Source of the DNA: Calcarisporiella thermophila CBS 279.70
Taxonomy: Eukaryota; Fungi; Calcarisporiellomycota
Assembly: GCF_041956535.1 (NCBI RefSeq)
Contig: NW_027192191.1
Span: forward strand, 557,267 to 621,266
DNA length: 64,000 bases
Reading direction: 5' to 3'
The position numbers and the translations under genes were made by a program. The notes under the pieces were generated by a model. It did no database searches. It was not told where the DNA came from and was given only the letters and a program-made list of their open reading frames with translations. This document shows, in pieces, positions 26,701 through 39,649 of this stretch. Positions within the stretch are counted from its first letter, which is position 1. The number at the start of each line of letters is the position of its first letter.

Positions 26701-28257
26701 TAGATCGATTTAATATTGAATTGATGGAATGGTAGAAGAATAAGGTGGCAAGTAATGACGACTTAGGTTATTGGGGCTCTAATGGGAAATCGTATGCTGT
26801 GAAATACAAAAAACCCGTATTAGGATATTCAGAATCAAATATACGTGTATAATATACACGTATGTTTAATTCTAAATTTTGGATATTTTCGAAAATCGAG
26901 CTGAAAATCAAAAAAAAAAATCGAGTATATAATGACCAGGATTAATTCATTTACTAATTCATTTTCTTGAAAACAATAATATTTGTCATGTATTGCCCTG
27001 ACAGAATACTTTTCCACAGATATCCACTAATTATTTCAAATAAACTTTACTATGGTACCTATATCTGCTTTAGGCATCTACTAACTCTTTCTGTACCGAT
27101 TGATGGACGGATTGTAGTTAGGTATTTTAGATAATATCCTAGCAAAGTTATATGAATCACGGTTTCAATATGAGATATCTAATGTGTTCCGAGTTGCACT
27201 TTCCAAAATTGCTACTGAACTTCACGTTTCAATAGTATCCCTTGCCACATCAAAAAAATTGAAGATTAAACTATGGACTGTTTCATATATATTATAAGAG
27301 TTTATATATGCATATATTTTATTGGGCACGGCATTTAAAGTGTATCTCAAACTCCGGCCTGGCTCTCACCATCTAGTAGTTGGCAAGAAACCATCATTCA
27401 TGTAATCAATCTTGACTCAAAAACGGTATTTTCATTAGCTTGCAGAGAAATCTAGCTCTATATCTTAAAATGTTACAATGTAACGAGGTAAACACTACCA
27501 GCCTCCCTCGAAGACGCAATAAAAGTCCTTGAACAGAATTATATTACCAAAAATGATATGGGATATTTTCTAGTATATTTCTGGAAGTGAAAAAGTAGGA
27601 TCTGCAGCTGATGGAAATAAGTGTTTGAGAGAACTTGTGAAGTTCTCATTATCAAGAAAATGCTGATTAATATCAAAATATGCCTAGAAAATATCTATGA
27701 CTATAAACCACTTCATAATAAGTATGGACTTGGGTATTTTAATTGAATTATATCTGTAAAGGAACATTGATATAAATATTCTTGAGGATCTTTTTGGTAG
27801 ATTAACATCATAAATTACTTAAAACTCAAAGGATAATGCAACTGGATAAGCGTCTAACGGCAATGTTAGTATTAGAGTATTATGAATTCATTTATTGGGA
27901 CTAATAGGTTATATAAACTATTTAGAATCAAATATATTCATTCCAGGAAGCTATTAAAGCCCTTGAGCTTCTCAGCTTCTTCGAACAAGGAAGAGTCGTG
28001 ATCGGTGGAATTATAAGTTGGAAGGATATCAGTGCATACATACTTGAAAGGAACATTTTATCTTCTTATTTTGGTGTATTGCTATCAAATTCCAAGTCCA
28101 CATTCCTAATGATAATGCTTGACCAATAGGGATCAAAAATTTTTTTAGGATAATCCCCTCAAGCATTTTGTTATTTTTTTAACCTTTCAACCCAACACCT
28201 TCTCGTCTTCTTCCTTTCACACCATATGACTTACCTTTCGCTTGCTTAAACTTTGAA

Positions 28258-28530
28258 ATGGTTCTTCTCAGAAGTACTCTAGTCCTTTTCTTTCTTTTCG
28301 TGACATCGTACGCGCAATTGTTCCCTCTGGGGAACCTGTTTCAAGAACAAAGCATGGATGAACTGTTTGGCGGCTCGGGTCCATTCAAACTTGTAGGAGG
28401 TAATCTCATAAGGGTGCCAGAAGAGCCACCATCGTATGATGATCACGAAGAGGAAGAGGAGGAGGAGGATGATTTTGATCTCACCCCCGCGAGAATATTC
28501 AAAGAAATGAGGGAGTCAAAGGATGATTAA
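28258..28530 (+). CDS. Small putatively secreted acidic protein
   Basis: Signal-peptide-like MVLLRSTLVLFFLFVTSYAQ and a poly-Glu/Asp tract; compact ORF that is more GC-rich than its flanks. Confidence 0.55.
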   Translation: MVLLRSTLVLFFLFVTSYAQLFPLGNLFQEQSMDELFGGSGPFKLVGGNLIRVPEEPPSYDDHEEEEEEEDDFDLTPARIFKEMRESKDD

Positions 28531-28867
28531 TAGAGCAATTATATACTATTAGCAACCCACTCTATCGAATATTTACACATATATTATATACCTATTTGTT
28601 TTCTATTCTATTTTTAATTGTGAGATAAAAGTAGCTGTGTCTTTTTTGAAATTTGACGGCAATCAGAGTAGATCATTGATCCCTACAACACGCACTAAGC
28701 TCGATTGGAATGAATAAATTAAAGTTGCCTAATTTGGTATAAACTATGCATGAACAGTGACAATTGGAATGTTAAAAAGTAATTTCAACCGCTTGGTAGT
28801 GCTCTTTTCACCTCCATTACTCCAAAGCATTATACACATCCATAATCTGTTGTATTTTCTAATTTAT

Positions 28868-30661
28868 ATGCATCTACACAAAGCACATCGAATACGAAAT
28901 CAATTACTTTCACTCACAATTAGCATCCTCACTACCAGTGTTTTGATCATTTGTATCCTCATAATCTCCCTTGTCACTAACCATCAAATTTTCCTTGGAT
29001 TGACACGACCTCGTGCTCGTCCTTCGAAAGTAGGAGTTGTTGATGATGCCCCTTATTACTATAAACGTGATGCCTTATACGACCAAGTTGTGGCAAGTCT
29101 ACCAATTAATCATTTCAGCTACAGTATGCAGAAGATGGCTACTATAGCACAAGCGTCTCCGGCAATAGCAACTTCAGTATCTCAAGAAAGAACTACGCTG
29201 CCCACTATCTTTGTTCTGCCTTCTGCAACTGATGCCTCCAAGATGACTAGGGTTTTCAACTCCACTTCCGCTTCTATACCAAGCACCCTTCTTCCTCTGC
29301 AAACTTTGATTCCCGCCTCGACAGCGACGATGTTACGCTCCTCACCAAAAGCCAATATTAATATCAATCTACCACAGGAGGAAATTGGCTCGACTTCGAA
29401 CATCGTCGACAAACTGAAGGGTAGAAATATGACTATACCCGTTTCCGTCAATGCAGGAAAGAAAGGGCCGAAGCAGAAGATAAAGAAAGGAGAGAAGACA
29501 AATGCTGCTTTTCTGAACCAAACCTTGATTCAAGTTCCAACCGTCAAGACGATAGAGCCTTCTCCAATAGCCAAAGTCGATGTAGATATACCTCAAAAGG
29601 TAGAGAATCTGACTTCAAAGTTCGTCGATAAAGTGAAGGGCACGAATTTGACAAAGTCTATCATCATCAATGCGGGGAAGCGCAAGCCGGAACTGAAGCA
29701 AAAGAAAGGTCAGAAGACCAGCATCACTCTTCCATTGCAAGCAGTGCTTCAAGTTCCTACAGCATCAATGCTACAATCATCACCAGAGGTTAAAATCGAT
29801 GCAGGTATACCGCACGAGGCAGATGGTCTTGCGTCAAAAGTTGTTAGCAAAGCGAAGAGCTCGAATCTAACTGAATCTGTCACCGCCAATGCGAGAAAGC
29901 ACGAGCAGGAACAGAAAAAAAAGAAAGGACAGAAAGCAGGCACCGTTCTCCCTTTACAATCTTTGATTCGAGCTCCAACAAGTTCGATTATGCAGGCTAC
30001 GCCAGTAATACCGGTTAACTTAAAGCTTCCTCAGAAGGTGGACGATCTTACTAACAAGATCGTCGATAAGGTGAAAATTTCAAACAATACCAAATCTATT
30101 AGCATTCATACAGAAAAGCATCAGGTTGAGCAGAAGATAAAGAAAGAACAGAAGAAGAAGCCGAAAAAACCGTTGACGAAAGAAGCAGCGCGCTATCAAG
30201 GCGACGGCACGTTCTATACGGTTGAAGGATCGAGTCTGGCCTGCGGTGGGATGTACCGCGATCGAGATCTTGTGGCCGCCTTAAATGTGCCGCAGTTTCA
30301 AGAGAAAAAATGGCGAGAAGGCTCTTCAAAACGCGCCGGTCGCGAAAACGGGAGAAAACTGGGCGCAATCGGAATGCGAAGAAAAGGGCGTTATAATACA
30401 CAAAAGCAGAAGAAAAGGGGGCGGCGCATCCAACATGTACGACGGGGGCGAAAGGTTGAGCGCGAGGATTCCCGAAAGCAAGCGAAATGCGGTAGACAAG
30501 CTTTGGTAGAAGGGCCGAAAGGAAAAGTGCGTGTGCGCATTGTGGATCTCTGTCTCTCCTGCGTCAACCAAGGGGATTTGGATTTATCTCCAGCTGCATT
30601 CAGCCGGATAGCCCATAGCCTGAATGATGGACGGGTTCCAATCCGATGGCAATGGCTGTGA
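28868..30661 (+). CDS. Membrane-anchored RlpA-like double-psi beta-barrel (expansin/loosenin-like) protein with repeat stalk
   Basis: N-terminal TM helix; C-terminal DPBB motifs YQGDGTFY...LACG...VAALN and CGRQALVEGPKGKVRVRIVDLCLSC...DLDLSPAAF...GRVPIRWQW. Confidence 0.85.
   Translation: MHLHKAHRIRNQLLSLTISILTTSVLIICILIISLVTNHQIFLGLTRPRARPSKVGVVDDAPYYYKRDALYDQVVASLPINHFSYSMQKMATIAQASPAIATSVSQERTTLPTIFVLPSATDASKMTRVFNSTSASIPSTLLPLQTLIPASTATMLRSSPKANININLPQEEIGSTSNIVDKLKGRNMTIPVSVNAGKKGPKQKIKKGEKTNAAFLNQTLIQVPTVKTIEPSPIAKVDVDIPQKVENLTSKFVDKVKGTNLTKSIIINAGKRKPELKQKKGQKTSITLPLQAVLQVPTASMLQSSPEVKIDAGIPHEADGLASKVVSKAKSSNLTESVTANARKHEQEQKKKKGQKAGTVLPLQSLIRAPTSSIMQATPVIPVNLKLPQKVDDLTNKIVDKVKISNNTKSISIHTEKHQVEQKIKKEQKKKPKKPLTKEAARYQGDGTFYTVEGSSLACGGMYRDRDLVAALNVPQFQEKKWREGSSKRAGRENGRKLGAIGMRRKGRYNTQKQKKRGRRIQHVRRGRKVEREDSRKQAKCGRQALVEGPKGKVRVRIVDLCLSCVNQGDLDLSPAAFSRIAHSLNDGRVPIRWQWL
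29291..30166 (+). repeat. Four diverged tandem 219-nt (73-aa) coding repeats
   Basis: LPLQ-type unit starts at 29291, 29510, 29729 and 29948 (exact 219-nt spacing); each unit has ...IPQ...VDK.KG.N.T.S...NA.K...KKGQK. Confidence 0.9.
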
Positions 30662-31518
30662 TGTTTTCCAGCTCACCTCCACCTGTTTACACCTGTTTCT
30701 TGATTTTGTTTATACAGCTGTAATTATTTAGGTTCGACATTCCCACTCTTTCATCTATTTCATGCCATCTGTATAACTTGTCATTCATTTGTTTCGTGTA
30801 GCATTATTTATTCTCTTCCCGTTATTTTTTAATTTAAATAATAAAGCTAGGAAAATAAGGGTGATCTTTCCTGTTAATTGATTACAGAAGTGGAATAGAG
30901 TCGGGCTGATCTCGGACCCTGAACTTCTCAACTCAGCCTAGCAAACAAAACCCTTTTTTTCGAAAATGACCCGAGAAAACGTTCCCAACACTAGGAATTA
31001 TATGTGTCAGCTACTAGCCCTCTCTGCCAAGCGTTGAACTCCCTTGCGAGACTGCCGGTGTTTGAGGATCCCTCTTGTGAGAGACGTATTTCGATTGACT
31101 TAGGCGAAGGGTTTGACAGAAACACTAGGACCCTTGTTTTAAAAAACCACCATTTTCATTGCCCGGGTTTGAATCACAGAATAGTGAACTAGCGACTCGG
31201 CTCTCCCCGAATTGGAGATTGAGCCATTTGACGCTTTTTTGTGATTTCTTATTTGAACCTGCCGCGCCGGGGGGTTGCAATATGAAAAGTTAAAATTCAC
31301 CTTTGCTATTAAAGGAGAAACCTCAATAGCTGCTTCTCCCACCAACAGAGAATTCCGCTCACGGCTACAAAGCTTTTGGCTACATTTATTTTTTTTCACG
31401 GAAACAAGCGGCCCGCCGCATCCTTTCTGTTGAATCTTCGCACCACAGCTGGATTAAAAGCTAGTCCATTGACTTTATATATATTGGAATCTTTGATTCT
31501 CACACTCTAATCTCAATC

Positions 31519-32535
31519 ATGTTTGAACAAGAAATGGAATGGAATCAAGGCCGTTCCAGTTTATCTCACCCTGATTTTGCTTACACATATGGCCCGGAAG
31601 GCCCTTACTACATTCCGACTACTTACTCGCTAGCGGCAAGATTACGCGACACTTATACCGTCATTAATCCTTCCCAGGGCAAACTTCTGCTTTCATTCAT
31701 TAGAACGATCAGGGGCCGGTTTCTTAACAGCAGGGCACTAGGTATTTCATCCTATCGTTGCTTCCTTTACTTTCTGAGATCCGGATAAATCCCATTGTTC
31801 CATATAGGAGGCATTGTCAAATATACGTTATCTCAGTGGGAGGGCTATTCTCCTGAACGATATGAATACCTCTTCACCTCTATCCGACGCCTTCTTTTTA
31901 TCACACGAACGAACCACCAGTGCTCCTCTAACCAATCCACACCCTTGCTTGAGCGCTATGCTCTGCCAACTCCTTGCCCAACCGCCACGCTTCTTTTAGC
32001 TACTTCATATCTGGACAGATTACGGACGGTACTATCATGTTACCATATATTGTTCCATTTCGCTAACTCCCTCTCTCTTCCCCATCCCCTATAGAAATAT
32101 CCCTCGGCCACACAGTCTGAAGGGTGCTGTTTGCGATTGGTTATCATCGCGTACATCATAGCTGCCAAATTTATTCATTCAAATCTTGCTGCATATCTTG
32201 GAATCAACCTACACACTTCCTCTGAACATCCGCTATCAAACGAGATAGACTGGCATATCAAGACTGCCGCGTATGCGTCTCAACTTCTCGTTGGAACTTC
32301 AGTGAGAAGTCTTCTTAAGATGGAATATGATTTATTAAGCTTTCTTGACTACAATATCCAAACCAGTGGGACAGAGCAGCTGTTGGATGTGGTGGAGTGC
32401 TGCTTGAATATACAGCGACTTGTACCCGATGAGAATGTTTCTGGCACCATCCTTGACTGGATGACGACAGGTCCTGAGAAAACTTTGGTGACTGATATGG
32501 ATGATGTGGAGGTGCCTGACGTGGAACAGAGATAA
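31519..32535 (+). CDS. Cyclin-fold protein (Pho80/Pcl-like), multi-exon
   Basis: PTATLLLATSYLDRLR / RLVIIAYIIAAKF / LLKMEYDLLSFLDYNI match cyclin-box helices. Confidence 0.7.
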
Positions 32536-33008
32536 CAATTAACGACCATTATCTTTGTCACTTATTTTTACTTTTCATATGTATGTCCAGGTATATTCGC
32601 TGTTCAATGTCGCGTTTATCATGTATTAACTGCATTAATATCTCCATCATACTTCCCCCTCTACTCTGTACATATGTTTGAAATTTTTCTAAATACTATG
32701 ACATATAATATGAGAGTCACTCACCCCCACTCCCCATATGTACAATCAATGTTATTGAGTCCAACCAAAATAGATTAATGGTCATATTGAAAAAAAAAAT
32801 CGATTAGGATTCAAATATTTGAAAAAAGAGTAAATAGAAAATCAAAGTTAAAAAGTATTAGATGAAAAAAAAAAAGAAATTAACTAATATATAATAAATG
32901 CCAAAATGAACGGCTAATATTATGATGATTCAGAAGAAAAACACGTATGGGAAAGTTCATGATCAGTAGAAAATAAAAGATGCATTGCTTTGAAAATTCA
33001 AGCCATTG

Positions 33009-33850
33009 TTAGTTATTTGCGAATATTCGCCTCCATGCAAGTGATTTAGTTCGACGTGGAATTGCTTTATCTTTGATATTGCGTCGCTCTCTCCCTCTCT
33101 CTGCAAGCTTCTTACCAACCTTCACATTTGGAATTGAATGCCGCCTTATCAGTCGGTTAATGCCTAAAAAAGGGGGAGTATTTTCCTGAGAATGGTCACT
33201 CTGAATATTTGAATTGGAGGATTCCATAGTAGGTGAAGGGGTTATCCATTCTATGGGCTCCCTGCCTTCGTTCCTATCCAAATCTTCCGCGCTTACTCCA
33301 CGAGATTCCTTTCGCCAAATGGCAGGCGACCAGAGATTCGATAAGCGTTTTCCAATTGATAATCCATTGCTCGATCGCCTCTCCTCATTTTCCCAATTTA
33401 TCGGCTTAGAAGAAGGCAGCCGCGGAATATCTTTGGCATTATCGGAATTCAATCGAAGTTGCGTAACGAAGTCCCGCTTTGGAGAAATAAATCCAGATTT
33501 TCTTGCGCAGCTGCGTTTAGTCTCGCTCGCGATATTGTTTTCAGTAGGTATTGATGATGGCAGTAGTTCCACTTTTGGTGCCTACGGTATTATTTTAGTA
33601 AAAATGTTCATTTAAAGATAAAGAAAAGACAATAGGAGATAAAGCAGATAGTAACAGAGAAATAGAAGAAACCAACCTCAGGTCCCGTCAATTCCTGCTG
33701 TAGAGCTACCCTCATCTTTTCACGCATATGATCGAACTGTCGCAATAGATCCTCACCAAATGGTGACATGAGAGGATCATCCAATCCATTTTCACAATGC
33801 TTGGCATTGGTTTTGACCGCCGTGTTTACGTTTACATTTACCATAACCAT
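33009..33850 (-). CDS. Hypothetical low-complexity protein (2 exons)
   Basis: Two ORFs joined by a plausible GT-AG intron (about 33590-33676); no recognisable domain. Confidence 0.45.
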
Positions 33851-34194
33851 GCAATTAATATTAGATTATTAGAATGAAAGTGAATATAAAACAAAACTAA
33901 CTATATAAAGGGTATATTAAAGAAGGATGGGTAATTGCAGGTGAGATTACCAGGGAACGCCTATTCCTTTATTTTGTTTGTAATCGAGGCTAAAAAAGTT
34001 TCCATAATTCCATCATATGTATATTTTTGTTCGGAATTTAAATTCAGATACGCTCGAGAATGCATCTCATTTACACTTATATCTACGTTGATTTTCTTGG
34101 ATGGCTAACGATATCTTGAGGAGATTGCAAAAAAAAACAAGATCAAAGATAAAAGTCCATTATGTTTGTAGGAAATAAAGCGAAAACAAATCAT

Positions 34195-34951
34195 TTATTC
34201 ATCAGGAATCTCGATCTCCCCATCCTCAATCTGATCACTGATATCCTTGGGGCTTTGGCCTATTATATATACAAAAAGATAAAAGTATTTTTAGTAAGCA
34301 ATGAAAAGTTCAAGATAAAAGTGTATTGTACATACCGTTGACTGTGCACCCAACACTAAAGCAAGTGCCAAGAATTTCCTTGACAGTACCCTTAAGCTCG
34401 CGAGCCAAAGACTTGAATCGCATCTGTCGTGCAATATCAATAACATCATCAAGGCTAAGGTTTCCGGTATGCTTGACTGCGATGACAAAAGAAATTATTA
34501 GTCAAAATTCCTCATCTGTGCTTTTTGCGCACTTATAGAACCATTGATTAAACTTACTGTTCTTCTCCTTCTTGCGATCACGAGGAGGCTCCTTGAGCGC
34601 CTTGATGACGAGCGAAGAGGCCGAAGGGACAACGGAAACAGCAGCTTGACGGTTCTGGATGGTCAGTTTGACGGTAACGCGAAGACCTTTCCAGTCGCCA
34701 GTAGCCTTAGCGATGTCTTCACCGACCTTCTTGGGTGAGAGACCAAGGGGACCGATCTTAGGAGCGAGCGACGAGGAAGCACCAACTTCACCACCAGTCG
34801 TACGGAGATAGAGGATTTTCACCTATTAATGAAAAGTGGAATTTTATCATGAGCATTAATTATCATCGACATCCTTGCTATGTTTCTCCTTATTATATAA
34901 TCTTATTTTCAACGGAAAACATACCTCATTGGGATCGAGTTTGGGACCCAT
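34195..34951 (-). CDS. RPL12: 60S ribosomal protein L12 (uL11), 4 exons
   Basis: MGPKLDPNE / [60 protein letters not shown] ... GEIEIPDE*. Confidence 0.97.
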
Positions 34952-36405
34952 GGCGATGTACTATATGGGATGGATGTAATAAAAAACGCAGAGGATACCT
35001 ATGGATGGATGTCCAAAGGATGGTGCAAAGAGAAGGAAACTCTTTTCGCATGCAACCGCGACAAACTTGACGATTTCGAGAACAGTCACACAATCGAATT
35101 GGGGGTGCGCAGCAGCATAATAATTTCATTACGACTTTGAATTGAAAGAACAGTTTTTTCAATCAATAAATACTCTGTTAATGTAAATTACTCCCAGATA
35201 CTATAAGTAGCCGATACCAAAATGCTCAATATAACCGATAATCAGCTGTAGTATATTGTTTGGCGAAATATTTCAATAGCTGTCGTCAATATTACGACTG
35301 TCAGATTGTCTTGTTGGTGCTAAAAGGCAAATGACTAGCAATATTATACTTGAATGGTAGGTATATTCAACCGTTTCTGAGTGAAGACGAAATCATTGTC
35401 AATAGAAGCACCATATAGAGCTGATTCCAATGATCTTGGAAGTTATTTAATATTAAGCTTATCTCTGAAATCTGAAAACTAAAACATTCGATATTTATTG
35501 CTACATTTAATATAAAGTTATGGGACATTGTGCTCTTTCACTTTGTAGACTTTGTAATTTTTCATAAATTTGGCTCTTCATTGATTTGTCTATAAACTAA
35601 GTGTAAACTTGATGCTTAAAAAATTATCCATTATTATAAGATTGAAACATAATAGAATGGCAGACAAAGAATTGAAGATATTTATATAGCTACAAACATC
35701 TCGTTGAATTAAACTCTTTCTCGTTCTTGTAGCAGTATACTACTGTATGTAGCAACAATAAGTCAAAATGGATAAGCGCAAGTAATTCAATATTCTACTG
35801 AGCAAGAGACTGTGTACAGCGTAATATGGTTATTCGGGTTCATAAATGTAAATTGGTCCCCGGAATGGTTATCACTTGATAAGGCATTTCATCTCCATAT
35901 TTGTCGATTGAAAACAAGTACAGGTTGCACGCGGATATCAGCGAGATAGCGTTTCTCGGGTAGAGTTGAGTTTTTTCAAGGGGGACCAATATAAAGTCTT
36001 CGTTGCAAACTCAAATATATAAGTTCAGTGTGTAGAAAGAAAAATAAAAAGAGCAATAATAGCAATTGAGGGGCAGCGATAGGCACTACAATCAATACTA
36101 GAACAAGAGGCGTGGTAGAATATAAAATGATTTTGAAAAGATAAAACCCAAACAATTATAAAACAACATTCAGTTTCTATGACAAAAAGGTGAAAAAACT
36201 AAATAGGACACGATAATAAGGAGGAGGGCAGAAATAGAAGATTACCACAACCACAACAAGGTATTAAGACAGATAGATAGACAAATAAGAAAATAAACGA
36301 ATGAGCAAAAAAGAAAGAAGCAAAAGAATGTTGGTTGAGGGAGTGGGAAGATGAGTAGAGGCAGAACCAAGACGCTCCGGCATTGTTTTTAAGACTAACA
36401 ATTAC

Positions 36406-37623
36406 TTATACCACACTAGAATTGAACACCACTGCAGTACACCACTGCACCAAATCTCGCACATTTGTGGCAACATTTTTTGCCTTGGCTAAGGAGGGTG
36501 CTGATAGAGACCGAGTTGCGTTCGCAGCAACCGATTGGATTGCACCCGCGCCAGATGCAACCCAAGAAAACGATGTTGAATCGGGTGAAGATGGTGAGAG
36601 CTCGTCAGACGGATTAGATATAGGCCACTTATCCCACGGATCTTCCTCCTCAGTATATTCCTCATCCAGCCCATCCCAAGCAGCCCAATCATAATCAATA
36701 ATATCGTCATCGATAGTGTGAATCCTAGGTGTGGTTTCAGGTTTAAGTCTAGTCGGAGCGACCTTTATTATAAGCGGTTGGAAATGGCGTTTCGATCGCC
36801 GCCGACCTATTGGGACAGGTTTACTTTTTGCATGCTCCGATGTAATATTATCATTATCGCTTTTGTCGATCTCTCCCTCCTCCCCTTCATCCTTCTCGTA
36901 ATCATCTAGATCATCCTCCAATGACGATTCGATAGCAATGCACTGTTCAACCGCATCATTAAAGCGCAGACGAGGTTGCCGATGTGCGGCAAGAACATGT
37001 TTGGATGAGATGTGCATAGTTCGGCGGTGAATGTCAAGATCCGTTTTACGCGACAGAAGTGGGGGTCGTAATGATTTTTTGAGCACAGGCTTAAGTCTGT
37101 CACTGGAAGGACTAGTTTCATTGGTAGGAGTGGTGCAGGTATGAGTATTATTGCCGCTAGATGTATTAGAGGAGGGTGAAGTAGCAGAAGAGTATGGAGA
37201 ACTAGATCTATTGAAATAAAGGGGCCCATAAAGCCATGTAACGTCGCTATCCTTAAGCCTAATAACAAAAAACGAAATCCAAACAAATTAATTATAATGT
37301 TGGTCGAAATTGGGTCCAAAAGGTATCGAAAACGGGAAGATTTCGTACCAGTTCAACTGTTCCGGTGATGCAGTCGGAAGATTATACTTTTGCTTAAACC
37401 AGCAGCGCCAAGAGGCATTTTCCAAGCGTATGCCATTGATTATAGAGTTCTTCTGCTTGGTCATTACTCTCCAAGACACTGCAATATCCTCCTCGTCCCC
37501 CCACGTGTAGGAAAGATAGTCAATAAGTTCGTTGTTGGGGGTGGTGCTTCCTGACAATACACAGGAATCATCCTGCAGACTTTGAGACAACGAAAGCTTC
37601 TGACCTCCGTCGTAATATTGCAT
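36406..37623 (-). CDS. Reg1-like PP1 regulatory protein with DUF1752 domain (2 exons)
   Basis: IDYLSYTW...SWRVM...GIRLENASWRCW...SPEQLNW|LKDSDVTWLYGP and RVxF-like RLRFNDAVEQCIAI. Confidence 0.8.
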
Positions 37624-37948
37624 GACGGGAAAGAAAGAAGAGAGGAAGCTTTGGAGAAGCAAAAAACAAGGCTGAAAAAAGAAAGATTAAATGGTTTGCA
37701 ATTGATCAAGAGAAAGTATATAGATATGGGATTTTTAGAACTTGAATAAGAAGTTTCTCTGAATTCGCAAGATAAATTTGATTGGTTTTCGCGATAGATT
37801 TCAGTGATAGAAAATAGTAATATATAACCAGGATATTCCCCACAAAGGAAAGCCCATGATAAACGAAAAATCCACCTATATACACTTTTGCAGCGAACAT
37901 GGTTCATATAAATTTAGGAAATCGAAAATATATATTTTATTGTTTGAA

Positions 37949-38788
<840 letters not shown>

Positions 38789-39649
38789 GATGAATATTCT
38801 TGTCTTGGGAAAAGGGCCAAGTATGTAAGAGAAGGAGCTTTCCTTTGACAGCAGGGTTAGGAGTGATAAAGCCAATTTGGTTGAGGGCAGCTAAATTCAA
38901 TATATCGGTTTTCAGGCAGAATTCCAAATTATTGAAACCTGATCCCCTGAAATGGGTTATTTATCAACTATATTACTGCATACTGACCTCGAAGTCTTAA
39001 AACAGTGCACCCTTGATTACTTCTTTTTTGAATTATATGCTGGAATTGAAACATTTGATAATAACTTTGTTGCATATCACTCTCTATTTTTATTCTTTCC
39101 AACCAAACCCTCACATATTCAAATAGATGTGTTGTTTTTGAATATTCGATGAATTGATAAACATTAGTGAAATTTAGTGGAGACTTGTGATCAGTTTGGG
39201 TTCCTTTAAGGAGTTTCTTTTTAAAACCTTTGCGTAAATCAGTTTATTGATATAAGTAGAACAAGGTTAATTACTCATTGAGATTATCTTAAACTAAAAC
39301 TACTAACAAATGGCAACCCTTTACTATACTTGGATACCCATGTGCTGATAGTTTGTCAAATAGACTGTCAGCATTCTAATTAGTTACAACGTTAAACGGC
39401 TGTTCAGTTAGTCTTTATGGATTTTAGCGGTAATAAGCTTTTGTGATTCGAACTCGTGTAAATTCATATCACGCTCCCTTGTGTTGCATAAAAAATTGGC
39501 TAGAATTTAAAATGCGATGGGAAATTTTTTTCAAACTGGTCAGAGCTTTCTTTTTGATTTAGCTCGTAGTCGTAATCGGAATAACGGCTTTTCATCTTTT
39601 TCCCACCTTCCCCGTTTTTCCAGCTTCTCCCGTACTCTTGATACCCCCC

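Noticed and set aside
39440-39460. GAGTTCGAATC T-loop-like sequence on the minus strand
   Set aside because: No cloverleaf or acceptor stem around it; not a tRNA.
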